Shown in pieces: positions 14,336 to 28,400 of a DNA stretch of 64,000 nt. The stretch is taken from assembly GCA_050273025.1 (NCBI GenBank), contig CP158635.1, positions 10,974,001-11,038,000 on the forward strand. Reading direction: 5' to 3'. Each line of letters begins with the position of its first letter. The stretch's first letter is position 1. Position numbers and translations under genes: made by a program. Origin of the DNA: Cenococcum geophilum. Lineage: Eukaryota. Below the pieces are notes generated by a model. The model worked only from the letters and a program-made list of their open reading frames with translations. It did no database searches and was not told the origin of the DNA.

Positions 14336-14683
14336 TGTTATAGAGTAAGTATAAGCGACAATAATATATAGCAGAGTAGATATTATTAAGCTATGTATAT
14401 AAACTATATAATAAGATTAAGACGTTATATAAGGAAAGAAGGTAGGGAGGTAGGAAGAAAAGGTATATATTATAGACTTAGTTGCTTAGTTAATATGTGC
14501 ACAGAGTAGAATAGGATTTAGGTGGTAGTCTTAGCAGAACTTGGCAGAATTTAGTGAAACTTAATAAAACTTAGTAGAATATAGCAGAATGCGGTAGATT
14601 GCTATCTCGTGGTCGGTCTCTAGTTGCTAAGTCGGTAGAAATAGGTGGACGTGTATAAGGTGTCATGGGGGTATCTCGTAACA
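14336..14683. mobile_element. Solo LTR
   Basis: TGTTA...TAACA termini with TSD CGTGC at 14331-14335 and 14684-14688. Confidence 0.85.
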
Positions 14684-17600
14684 CGTGCTAGTAATTAGCA
14701 AAAGAGTTAGAGGAGTAGCGGTAGAGTAGGTGCCTCTACGGCCGCGCGTACTACTATAAGTGGGAGTCTTAATTAGTGGGGAGGTCTTAGTAGGGGGAGG
14801 AGGTATAGTAGTATAGGTGGGGATAGTGCGAGAACAAAGCTATACGGATATTATTAATATCCGTATTATTAACACGCGGATATTATACCTTCTTAATAGG
14901 CGTTTTAGCTGGACTATTAGCAGAAGCTAACTTTATATATTTTTTACCCTAAGGTATAACCGGCTCTAGATTTAGTAAACTTTTTTATACGTATATTAGC
15001 TAATAGAATAATAGTATACTATTAACATGTACCTTTTCGTATAACCTACTACCTATATAATATTTTAAGCACGTACCCCTAAAAGAAGGCCTAGAGTCCT
15101 TCTTATAAACGCAATATTTATAGCTATACTTTTTATATAGAGTATATAGCGGGTTACGCAGCTTATTAAAGCTACCCTTAATATTCTAGACGTGTATTAA
15201 CATCCGCTAGCGACTTTTCTTTATATTCTCCTAAATACTAGCTTTTAGAGTATACTATTTATTCGCTAACGGTACTTAAATAGGAAGGCGCTTATTTATA
15301 TTTATAGTACTGCGGAGATTATAAGGGCTATAGAGATTGTAAGGGCTGTGGAGATTATAAGAGTCGGCGTTATTAAGATTCTTATCTTTACTGCTGTCTA
15401 AAGATTCGCTATCTAAAGAAACCTTATAAATGTTTAGGTTACTATAAGAGGTAAATTAGTAAATAAGATATTAAAACAGTATAACTAATATATACGATTT
15501 AATAGCTATCTTGGCCTTTAAATTCATATTAGTAGCCTTTTTAGCCTACCTTTTAAGAAAAGAAGATAAATGAGCCTTATTAAGCCCTTTAGCGTACTAT
15601 TAGGTATGGGAGTTTTAAAATAATATATCCTAGAATATTCTTATAACTTATCTATCATTCTTAAAACGCCTAAGGGGATTAGATAATAAAGCCTAAGGTT
15701 TATACCTATTCGTTTTAGTAAACTTATTAGGGTAATATATATTAACACTATTTCTAGCTTGCTCTTAGTATCTAATACTTAATCCTTATATCTATACTTA
15801 CGCTTTCCTTACTATTCTGCTAAATTTAATTACTATTGCGATATATATGTAGGGGATAGGTTAGGCTTACTATAGGCTAGCGGTGTTAACGACACGGAAG
15901 AATAACATTGGATATTTGTAGTAAAAATACTAGGTGTTGTATAAGGGTGTGGAATATAGCAATATAACTATATAGAAGTGTTATTACTGTCCTATATGCC
16001 GCCTATGCCTACCCTAGCATTATTTATACTAGCGAGCTATACGGATAAGGTGGATAAGCTTCGCTTTAAACGTAAGATAGGTATTAAACCTAGTATAGGT
16101 AGACTGGAATAAGGTATAGGATCTAAAAGCTAGCGCCCTAGGTAGGTAAATTAGTTTAATAAGGTATATCCCTATTAAATTTAGATATAAGCCTTACTAG
16201 CCTACTGCTTTTATTTCTGGGATTAATATTTAACCTTTTATATACCTATACCGTATCTATTAAGGGATATACTAATAGAATAAAACAGTTTCGCGTATAA
16301 TAGTAAATAGTATTAAACAATCTTTAACTATATAATAATGTTTTCTTAACTACTAACTTAACGTAAGTTAATAGGTCGTGGTTGCAGCTTAACCGCAATC
16401 GGTTAGAACTACCAGCTAACTATAAATACACTCCTATTTAAATTATTTGTAAGTACTATAGTAATAATACTCCTACTAATACTGCTATTAGTCCAATATA
16501 TACTATACCAGTATATATTCTTTTAAGTTATTAATCTATATACGCCATAGATATTATAGAAACAGCTATAAGGTAATCTATTCTAGCTATAAGCTATACC
16601 TTTTACTAACTAGGTAAAAATAGGAGTGTTACTATAGTAGGTAAACGTAAAAAAGCGTTATTAAATACTTAAACTAGTAGCAAGAACCCTACTTTAAGTT
16701 AACATAGAATAAGGAAATAAGGATAACTAGTATAATTAACCTTACATCTCTACCTAGCCTACTACTAGGAGTTGCCCACATTCTAGCTAACGGAAGGAAG
16801 AACGTGCTAATATAGAACGAGTATATAAAACCTAGCTAGAACGAGCACGTGGAACCTAGCTAGAATAAGTAATATTATAACTTTAATCTAGTTATATTTA
16901 GGTATAAAGAAAAGTAGATACGTAATAGACCCTATTAATATTGTATATAATATATTAAGCTAGCTAATAATATATAGAATATATATAGCCGCCTCCGGCT
17001 AAAAAGGGTAATCTCTAATAATAAGGATAGTGACTATAAGTTTACACATACTTTTTCTATAAAACGACAGTAATTAAATATTAATAAATCTACTAAATCT
17101 GTTAATAATTTGGTAGTAGAACTAGCTTAGTTAAAGATATAAAGTCTTAATCTTTTAATTAAGGTAGGTTATACCTTTATACATAACCGGAGTGTAACTG
17201 TAATACTTAATAGTCTCCTCTACTATTTAGTACTTAGTAAATAAAATACTCTCTTTACTATCTAATCGCCCACCACTATAAAAAGCAGTATCTTTATAAT
17301 ATACCTCTAGCTCTTAACAATTGCGTATTAATTTAAAATACTCCTCTATATACATAATCCGTACCTTACCGCGTAAATAATTGCGTACTAGTTTAAAATA
17401 CTCTTTTATATACCTAATCCGTACCTTATCGCGTAAATAACTAATATTTAGCTTTATATTTTTCCTAGTAAGCTATATTCGCCTAAACCCTAATATAGCT
17501 TTATCTATAAAATAAGTAATTTCCCTCTAATATAGAGTATACTAACTTAGTATTAAATTTAAAGGGGACCTAAATAGTACTAGGGAAAGTGAGGATAAGT

Positions 17601-19677
17601 TAGACTATAAAGACGATTTTAACCTAACTACTGCGCTATAGGCAAGAGAAGAGAACCTTTAGGTATTATAATAGTAATATATAAAAGAAAACCCACCTAA
17701 GATATAAGCCTATATTTGCGCTTTATAGGTCTATTTTACTAGTAAGGCTAGTAACTAACTTTAGGACTTATAACGGGCATCTTATTAACCTATAGTTCGA
17801 CCGCTTTTTAGGCCTTATTAAGGATATAATAAAAAAGGTATAGTTAGAAGCCATTTTAAAGCAGCTAAAAGTAATATTAAAAAAAGCTAATTATATTTCT
17901 AACCCGGTATCCGCTTATAAGGTATTTATATACTAAAAATATTATATTAAATTGTCTATTAATAATCTTAATATTATATATAGCTATTTAACGTAATAGG
18001 GAACTTTAAGAACTATATAATTATAAAGGCTTATATAGTTATAAGGGAGGTATATAGGCTAGGGTTTAATAATACGCCTAAACTAATTGTAGAACTACTA
18101 ACTAATTACAATTTTATTACACTGGATTATATAAAGGTATTTTGCCCGTACTATTTAGTAAAATACTAATAAGAGTTAATAGCTAAGTAATAACCGCTTC
18201 CGTTTTAATATAATAGTTGCTAGTATAGCTAGTATATTTTATAGTAAAGGAAGGAACGGCCTTACCTAATTACCCTACTCTTATAATATATTTAAAAAGC
18301 TTATTAGCAATACTATTACTTTTATTTTAATAGTAATATATTATATAATTAGGGAGTATAGAACTGGGTTTAAGGGAATAAACAACTTTTATAGTACTAT
18401 TATTAGCGGTTAGTGCATATTTAGTGTTTTACTACTTATTATTATTCTCTAACCTATTATAGAAGCCTATACTAACCTTATAGGCGGCTAAAACTAGATA
18501 TTTAAAAAATAGCAATCTAGAATTTAGCTGTGGCTTTAGCCTATAGTTATTAAATATACTATAGGCCTAATTCCAGATTAATTAACAATAAAAATTATTA
18601 AGAACCTATATAAAGATAACCTTAGCAACTTTATAGCAAATCTAAGCAATAATATAAGAGAGAGGTTCCTTATAAGCCTTAGGGATAATAAAACTAACGC
18701 GATTATTAACTTAGGCTATTTATTAGTAAGCTAGGCTATACTATCTAATCTACTAAGTCTATCTTAAAGGGAGAGCTCTAAAGTAAGCTAGAAAATCTAG
18801 GGCCCTACTACTATTATAATATTTACTAATTTAACTTTTAGAACTAGCTAAGTTTGTTAAATTTAGCAGAATATATATCCTTTGCCCTTATATATTACTT
18901 TATCCTAAATATAGGAACTAATAAGCCTAGGCCGGAAAGGTTTAAATCTAATAAGTTATTTATATAATTTAAGCAGTACTATAGCCTTATAGAGGATAGC
19001 TATAGCTAGTATAGTAATAGGAAAGTAATATTAAATTTAATTAAGAATAAGAAGTAGTATATAAAGTTTATAATATATACTCTAAACTCTAGTATAAAGG
19101 AGCTAGTAGAGTTTTTACTAGGAGATTAGGTATAGGACTTTCTATACTCTCCTATAGGATAACTACGGCTTCTTTATTATATATACTAGCTCTTAATCTA
19201 CCTTTCTTTTAGCCTATATCTACTACTCTTAGTAGCTACTTTTTAGCTATATATATATGCTATACTAGTAAAGCTAAATACTTATAGTATATTATTGTCG
19301 TAGGGAGAGTAGGAAAAGTTTTATACTTTTAGAATATATTATAAAACAGTTGGGATATTATATTAAATTATCTAAAATAATATAATGGATTATACAAGGA
19401 AGTGTATATAATTTGCTTTACTAGCCTTATAAATAGCTTTAAAGTAGCCTTTATTTACTATCTAAAATATACTGTTAGTACAAAAGAGGTAGATGGCTCT
19501 AAATATAATTGTGGTTGTAGGTTACGTACAGGTTGCGCGCAGGCTGCGCGTAGGCTGTATGTTAAAAAAACACGATATAGGCTAGTCGGTCGAGTTGCCA
19601 AATGCCCTCAACTGCGCGCCAATTGCGTCAACCACCAACCATTAAGGCCATTGGTAGGGTACCATACTTTGCCAATA

Positions 19678-22600
19678 TAGTAGTCTATAAATTTGGTAGA
19701 TATAGTAAATATATAGCCGGGCTACCTCTTTAGCATTAATGTTCTTATAATAGGGAATTAAGAATAGGCGTTTGCTAAAGCGGTTAACTATAATTATAAC
19801 TATTATATCCGTTATAGTTTATAGGTAGTTTATAAAAGTCTACAAAGATATACTACTAAGGGCGCTCTAGTATTAGAAGTGGCTTAAATAGTTTTAGGGT
19901 TTTATCTTATAAGGTTATAGCTCTTTAGCAATCCTCGTAGTTCTATATATATTAATTAATATCTCTAATTATTTTTAGCTAGTAGTAGCGGTAGTTAATA
20001 ATTTTTGCGAGTTTTTTTCTTACTAGGGTATACTATAGAGACTTAGTAATAAGCTTTACGGATTAGTCCTATCCGTAGATTATTAATATTAGGGACTATA
20101 AGCTGCTCCTAGTATAGAAGCAATTCTTCCTCCGTTTTAAAATTGGGGGGTTTTTTATAGCTTAATTACGGAGGGCCCTTAGGGTATTGGCCATGCGGTT
20201 TATAGTTAGGAGGCGGTTAATTAGCCTTATTAGCTTATCTAAGAACTCCTCTATTAGTGCTAGCTTGTTTTACTAGGAGTTTAGCTTTTTAAGGATCCGT
20301 AAGTTAAGCTATTCTAGATAGAGGAGGGCACGTATTTAATATTGGGTCTTTAGCTTATCCTAAGGTCCTATATCTTATTCTCTTTAGGTTAGGGTATTAG
20401 CCTTAAAGTTTTACTTACTAAAATAATATATAATCGTAAAGAAGAATTAGGAGAGTATTTCGGCCTACTAGGCTTATTATTTAGTAAGCTGCTTTATAGT
20501 TATAAAGTACTTTAGGGCTTTATAATCTATATATATCTTAATCTAGGAGTTTATACCTTTAAGCTCTACGCACTATTAGAAGAGTAATTAAATAATAGCT
20601 AGTATTTCTTTATTATATACTTTATAGTTATACTTAGCTAAGTCTATTATTTTTAAGAAGAAGGTAATAAGGTACTATTTACCGTCTAGATATAACTATA
20701 ATAGGATTTCCGCTATAACCATATTAGAAGCATCCATTTCTAGTATTAATTTAAGGTCTAGGTTATAGTAATAAAGAATTAGGGAAGAGATAAACCAATC
20801 CTTTATCTCTTTAAAGGATTCTATATAGTTATTATTAAAAATAAAATGCGTATCCTTCCTGGTTAGTTATATAAGAGGTTTTACTATAATTCTGTAGTTA
20901 CAGATAAACTAGTAGTAAAAGTTATAAAAGCTAAGGAAGAATTAGATTCCTTTTATTATATAAGGGGGCTTCTAGTTATAGATTGCCTCTACCTTCTTAG
21001 GGTTAATCTTAATTCCTTTTATAGTCACGATAAACCTAAGGTATTTTATACGTTTTGCCCTAAACTCGCATTTCTTAATATTAACTTATAAGCCTGCGTT
21101 CTATAATCTCTCTAGGACCTTCTTAATATAAACTTAATACTTAAGTTTATTATCTAAGTATATAAGAATGTCATCTAGGTATACTGTATAGAATTTATTA
21201 AGGTAATTAAAAAACGTTATTTATATACCTTTAGTACATAGCTAGTCCGTTTATTAGTCTAAAAAAAAGAACTTTATATTTATAGAAACTATAATAGGTA
21301 TAGAATGTTATTAAATCTTTAAATATAGGGTTTATCCTAATTTAGTAGAAAGCTTAGCGGATATTAAGTTTAGTAAAGATCTTTACCTAGCTTAAATATA
21401 TAAGGGTCTTGTTAATTAAAGGAATAGAATACCGGCCCTTTTAAGTAATAGCGTTTAGCTTTTAATAGTTAATATAAAAATAAAGCCCTCTATTAGGCTT
21501 TTTTATAAATAGGATAGGGGAAGTAAAAGGGGCCTAACTTAGCTTAATAAACCCTTTATCTAAGTTATTAATTAAGTACTACTTTATTACTTTTAGCTTA
21601 TTTATTAATTATTAGTAGAGGGGGCTATAGCCTAGCGAGTTATTAGCTTCTAATTAAATCTTATAATTATATATCTAGTAAGGGGGTAACTTATTTAAGG
21701 CCGCTTTTAAATATATATCCTTATAATCTGTATAAATAGTAAAAAAAGGCGTTTAACTAGTTCCTTATCGGTTTCCTTAGCTAGCTTTTCCTCCCTATTA
21801 TTAATAATTCGGTTAATTTTCTATAGGCTTATTAAAGTAGAACACTATAACACTAATTATGGTAATATTTACTGTAGGGGGGTTATATAATAATAGGGGC
21901 GTATATAACTTTAGGGGCTTCTAGGGTACTAGCGTTATTATTACTTTTAGCTCCTATTATATCTTTTAAAGGTTATCCCTTATATTCTATTAATACGTTC
22001 TTTTCTATACTAGTTAAATCTACGCAATTTAGACGTCGTTTATATTACTATTTATTCCACTTTTATATATAGAGTCCTCTTTAGATATAGCGCTTTAGGA
22101 GAGTATCTTTATTAGTATAGAGTTCTTTCTAGCTTTATAGCAGGCGTCTTCTTAAGTAAAGGCTAGGTCACGAGCCTAAACATCCTACTAGTAGGTAAGG
22201 TTAGCCTTTATAGCTAGTGTCTTATAATTAGTTCGGATTTCCCTAATAAAGGAGGGTAGTTTTAGTCTATCCTCTGGTTAGACAAATTGTCTTTATTATA
22301 CGTTTAGCCAAATATTAAAATAGGATATCTATTTTCGTCTAAGGATTATATTATAGGACCCTAGGTCTAGAATGCAGAAAGGGATACTATATTAGCGTTA
22401 TTTGTTAAGAGCAATATATAACTTTAAGACGTGGGTAACCGGCTAACCAGCTTAGTCGTTATAGCCTTTTACCTAGGTAGGCTTCTTTAATTAGGTAGCT
22501 TTTATATTTAGAAATTTAGCAATATTATTTGCATAAGCAGTATTTATAAAGTAAAGCTATTTACTCTAGTATTAATAAGGGCGGTTATATTTACTCTATA

Positions 22601-24309
22601 TCTATTTTAAGATACTATATATAGAATAGTAAAATACTTTCTACCTATTAACTAACTAAGATTAATCTCTTTAAGATCAATAGGGTACCCTAGGGGGGAG
22701 TCTTTCCCTAGGGTTCTTCTTTTCCTAACTTATCGGATATTTCTCCTTCCTTTATCTCCTTAATATCGCCTATATCTATTAGCTCTAGGCAAGACAAGGT
22801 AAAGTAACCCTCCTGATTATAGTTATAGCATATAGCCAAAGTAGGGTTAATTAGGGTATTACAATAAGTACTAGTTAATGGTATAGTATATAGCTAGTTA
22901 GGCGAGGCTCGCTAGTATATAGATATAACCGCTTTTAGTATAAGAGCTATTATAGCTTATCTTCCTACTCTAACTCCTATAGGTATAGTCAATAAGTTTT
23001 AACTACTGCGATCCCTTTTTATTAATTAGAATAGGTATTAATTTACTTTAGTTCTAAGTCGAGTAACAATTATTAGGCTGCAAGTTTTTAGTAGGTTAGT
23101 AGGTCGTCTAAGGCTACTACAATCTTCTCTTATAGTTAAACCGTTAGCTTATTATATAAGTCTAAACAGTAGTTCTTAAGGGAAACCTAGCCTTTACCTA
23201 CTAAGTGTAAGAATTAAGTCTAGAACTTAGTAAAGGATTAGTTTAACTTTATTATTAAGCTATTATAGTTATAACGCACGTCCTATACTTTATTTAGGTT
23301 TATATATATAGCGGCTAAATGCTATAGTATCTTACTAATAGATATAAAGCGGATAGGAGAGTTGTCTTTAAATTTGACTTAAAGGTAATATTGGGTATCT
23401 CCTATAGTTTAACTAAAGAGGTAAAGCATCTTAGCTTCTTTAGATGGGAAGTAGTTATAGTTAACGCGGAGTTTTCCTTATACTTAAATCCTCTAATTCT
23501 TAAAGGCAGAGTTTATCCCGTTAGATAGGGGTTAGGGGTTAAGGAGCTTAATAAACTTTAATTACTCTATTATTATATCTATACTCCCTAGTATATTATA
23601 TTAAGTAGAGTAAATAGATTAGCTAGGGCTTTAAGAAGGGGAAGCTAGGCTATTTTATAGGGCTATAAGACTTTCTAGAATCTCTTATAGGGTCTCTTAT
23701 ATATTTTTTACTTTAAGATAATTAGCTTTCTAGCTAGCCGCAAGGGCGCAAATCTACTCGCGTATATCTATAACGTTATTATTATCTTTAATTTCTAATC
23801 CTAATTAGATCTTAAGTTCCTCTTAGGTAAAAGTAGCTTTCTTAAATAAGCTTACTTTAGGTACCATTATTAGCTTTTTAGGATTTATTAGTATTATATA
23901 CTTTGGTTTTAATTCTAGGGGTATAAGTCTAGTCCTATCTAGCTTATAAAGTAGGATATCATTAAGGCCTTCCTAGGTAGCGTAGAGTTATTTTAGTGTC
24001 TAAGTATAGTATGTTAACGCGTTATTACAGACGAAGTTTCTTTTAGGGTAAGATATTATTAAGGCCTTCCCAGGCAGCATAGGGTAAGCTTAGTATAATA
24101 TTACAGCTCGTATAAATGCCTCTAAACCAAAGCTTATAGAATACTATATTATAAAGATATTAAGCTAAGAAGAAGGAAAAAGGGGTTACTAGAACCGATG
24201 TAAATAAATATATAGGGTGAGCCGCTAAGGCGCTAGCTCTGGACGAGCCAATTATAGGTCGGCAGAATTTGGTAGAATTTGGCAGGTAATATGCGATAGC
24301 GCCGTTATA
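19678..24309 (-). mobile_element. RIP-degraded Ty3/gypsy element, 3'-truncated inside the integrase
   Basis: 5' LTR at ~24099-24309. Gag with CCHC knuckle (CYNCDQEGHFTLSC, ~22790-22830). RT YLDD at ~21170, then RNase H. Integrase (PERPWQHISVDF..VDRFSKR) breaks off at ~19678; no 3' LTR. Confidence 0.85.
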
Positions 24310-25495
24310 AAAGCGTCTTTAATTATTTTATTATTAATATTACGCGTATTAAGTTCCTTAATTAAATAGCTGTTAGATATATTTAGAGGTATAAAAAAAG
24401 ACATTATAGATAGTAGTATGCTAATTAATAGTAGATAAAATAACAATAATAAAGCTTATAGTGCGATGCTGTAAAGTAGAAGGTACGGAGGTTAATTAAA
24501 GGTAAATATCCACGCTATAGATTTTATTAAATTAGCTTACTAATAAATAATTACTGTTATAGTAACTTATCTTAGTAAATATTAACTACCTTATATACGC
24601 TTATTTGTAACGCGTAAATCCTTTATAGTTAAGTTACTACTAATTAAAGTAAATGGGCGCTGTCTAGTTGACTTACGAAGTAATATTAATATAGAATTAC
24701 TGCTTAATTAAGATGCTAGAGAAGGGTTATAAATAGATATTAGGTTTACTTAGTAAGCGGATTTCTTACTTTTAAAGTGCGTAAGTATATATATTTTTGT
24801 TTTCTTTTACTGTGAGGTAGATCTAATATTGGCTAAAAGGCTTAAGGTATAGTAGCTTAAAAAGAACGGATAATATCTAGTTAAGAGGATTATAAGACGC
24901 TTAAACTAAATAGCTAATATAATATAAGTTCTATGGGTTTTAGGAGCTTTTAGTATAAACTCCAGTATTTCTTTATATAAGAATTTAATGGACTATTTAA
25001 ATATATATATAAAGATTAACAGTTAACACCTAGATATTAATTAGAGCTCTACCCTAGTTTTAGTTAGGTTAATAAATAAGTAAAATGCTGAGGAATATTA
25101 AATACTAACCTGCTAAAGCTGCGTTATATCTAAAACTAAGGGCGGAGATTAAGCACTAGGCCGTAAGTTCTAAGCTATGCCTAGTTTAGAGAGCGGAGAT
25201 TAAATATTAGACTATAAATTCTAAGCCGCACTTAATTTAGAAGGCGGGGATTAAGTATTAGTACGCAAATTTTAAACTATGCCCAGTTTAAAGGGTAACG
25301 ATTAAGTATTAGCCTATAAATTCTAGATTTCTAGATTTCCTACTACCTAGGAACTGATGCTACGCTATAGATTTTAAACTTTAGAATTTTTCGTAATTGG
25401 AGATCTAGTACTATATTATAAATATTAAACCTTAAACTTATCTAAAAGTTAAGACTTAGTGTTATACTATAAGCTCTAATACTTAAACTGCCCTA

Positions 25496-28400
25496 TATAA
25501 CGAAGCCTTATAGGAAATACTATAATGGACTTATTAATGGGCTGGGTATATAGGTTAAGGAATAGTTAATAACAATAATATAACTGGTAGAGTAGTTACC
25601 TAATGAATTAACTCTAATTGTATTCTAAGATTTACTATAAATAAGAGAACTATTTAGATAGGAACTATAGTCCTTTAAATATATAATACTACGGATAAAA
25701 AATATACTAAGTATATTAGTATATTAGTATATTAGTACGTTATATTCCTATATTCTTATATTTTTACGTTCCGAACTTATAATATAACTAGCTATATAAC
25801 TCGGCTACCCCTTATCCTATAGCTTAATTAGTTCTAGCGTCTCCCGTATTATCTTAACTAACCTATTTATATCTCTTTTTAGTAGTTATAGTACTACCAA
25901 TATAAGGTCCGCAACACTATCCCCCTCCTCTTTATCTTTATCCTTAAAGATATCTCCTATCTTTAAGTTGTTTATTAAAGGTATAGCATTCCCGTTTTTA
26001 ATTTAATACTATTTATTATTTTTAATGCCTCCTATTAGATCCTCTGCGTCTAATTATTATAATTAGCTAGTAATATTTATTCTTTTACTTAGTAAAGTTA
26101 TACTGTCCTATTCTTAATATATGGAGAAAAGGTTAGTATACGTTGTGATTACGGCTCCGTTTAGTTACTAACCTTTTTTTTATACTAAGTATACGCAAGC
26201 GAATATGCGGTTATTATATAATGTTTAATCCATCTCTAATACTAAGTATGCATATCTTATAATTCTATATAATTGTCTTATTCCTTATTTAATTTATCTT
26301 AAAATTTCGCGTATTAGTAGCGGCTAAAAGACTAAAGAGTAAGCTAGCTAAGGCTTTTACTAAGGTTTAACGTCATTCTAATAAAGCATCTTAGGCCCTA
26401 AAGGCTTAACTAGATACTTATACTCGATTATCTTATCTAGTAAAGGTTTATAAAAAGGTACGCTCTAAAGAGTTATAACTTATTAAATAAGGTCTCTTTA
26501 AGCTTAAGGCTAAGGAGGCTAAAATAGGTTCTAATTAAAGAGAGGCGGAAATAGTTTATATACTAGTAGTGGATCCCTTAGGTAATCCGGCTCGTTTATT
26601 ACCTTTAACTAATCCCTTTATCTTTAGCTCCGTTTTAATATTACCTAACCTATTTTCTTCTAATACTTCTATACCTTTCCTATAGAGTTTTTTTTTAAGT
26701 TTTATAGTAGTTTCTAGGTAGTCTTATTATAGCCTATCCACTTTACTTTATACTATATTTTATCGTTAATATTCTTATAATTAACAATCTTTAAAACCTG
26801 CTATTTATCTTCCTTTTATCCTCTATACGTGTTTGCTTTATAAACTAGTAGCTCTATATTCCTATACGCTAGCTCTAGCATTGCGATATACTATATAGAG
26901 TAAATCTTTATTTTCGCTGGTAAGTTAAGTCTGTATATAACTTCTAAAATCTTAGCTATAATTTTAAATAGTCTTAGTCTAACGTGGTTTAACTTTTTAT
27001 TTAGTTATTAACTTATAAAACTTTTATATAATAGCTATACTTTATCTCCCTCCTTAAGATCTAGTCCCTTATATCTCCTAGCGTTATAATACTTTTTTTT
27101 ATATTAATTTTACTATAAAATAGAGGTTTTTATAAAGATTTATTAGAGTCTCTATTCTTTATTTCGCTATTCTACTTAATTTTTTTACTTACCTTAGTAA
27201 TAATAATGTCCTAGGCTTATATCCGTAATTTGCCTAAAATAGTAATATCTCTATACCTTTTTATGATGTTATATTTTATATAAACTGTATAACTAGTAAT
27301 AATAATACTTAATTATTCTATGCGTAATTAATATTTCTATTTATCCGTCCGTCTATAGATAATACGTAGTAGAAGCTACTACTCTAACTTCCTATATTAC
27401 TAAAAATACCTCCTAAAATACTGCTATAAATCTTAGATCTCTATCTAATATAATCTTGCTTAGTACTCTATATTTTACAAATACTTCTTTAATATAGATT
27501 CTAGCGATATCTTCTACTAAGATTTCTTCTATATATGCTATAAAGTAGCCCTATTTAGTTAACTTATCTACTATTACTATGATCGCGTTATGCTCTTATT
27601 TAGTAATAGGATCTTTTAACTTTAGCAACTTTATAATAAAGTCCTATAATATTATCTCCTATAGACGTTTTAGTACTTTAATAGGCTATAGCCCCCTATA
27701 TAGTTTATACCTTATTAGCTTATTTCTCTAGCAATCTAAATATTTCTTTATAACTTTTCTTACTAAGCTTTAGATTTTATAAATAATATACTTCTCTTAG
27801 AGTCTTAGCACTAAGCCCATAGCTCCATTGTGTCCTTATATTATTCCCCTATAGAAGTCTTTAATAAACTCTTCTATAATGCTTTTCAGGATATATATTT
27901 TTTTTAATTTATAGTAGTCCGCTTTTAGGTCCTTAGATTATATTTTTTAAATTCTTTTTATCTAATTACTTTCCGGTAATTTATACTCTTAGGTTGCTAT
28001 AATTTTAGGGTAAGTATATCTAATTAGTCTGTCTTTGTCTCTACGTAATATTACCCCTAATGGTTTTTTATTATTTTATAGTTTAGCTTTTCTACTTAAC
28101 GCGTTAGCTCTTATATTCTTAGTTCTAGTAGTATTATCTTCTAACTATAGTATGCTACTAAATGCTATGCGTTTCTATACTTCTGTAGTAAATATACTCC
28201 TAGCATAAAGTCTAATATATTTATTTCCACAACCGTTTTTAGCCCTAGTTAGTAGATTTTAAGGATTAGTTCTTAGATAAACAACTCCTTAAATTCCTTA
28301 AATAACTCTCTTTACTTATTTCTCTATACCTATAGTTCCTCTTTCTTTATAAGTCTTATAAATAGTTTAATATTCTTTAACTATTATGCTATAAACCTCC

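Noticed and set aside
19473..19677. Solo LTR (TGTTAG...CCAATA)
   Set aside because: No TSD and no second copy in the window; left unassigned.
24252..24446. FIPLNISNS(H) resembling a Ulp1 protease motif
   Set aside because: The following residues do not fit HWxL and no catalytic Cys motif was found; too degraded to call.
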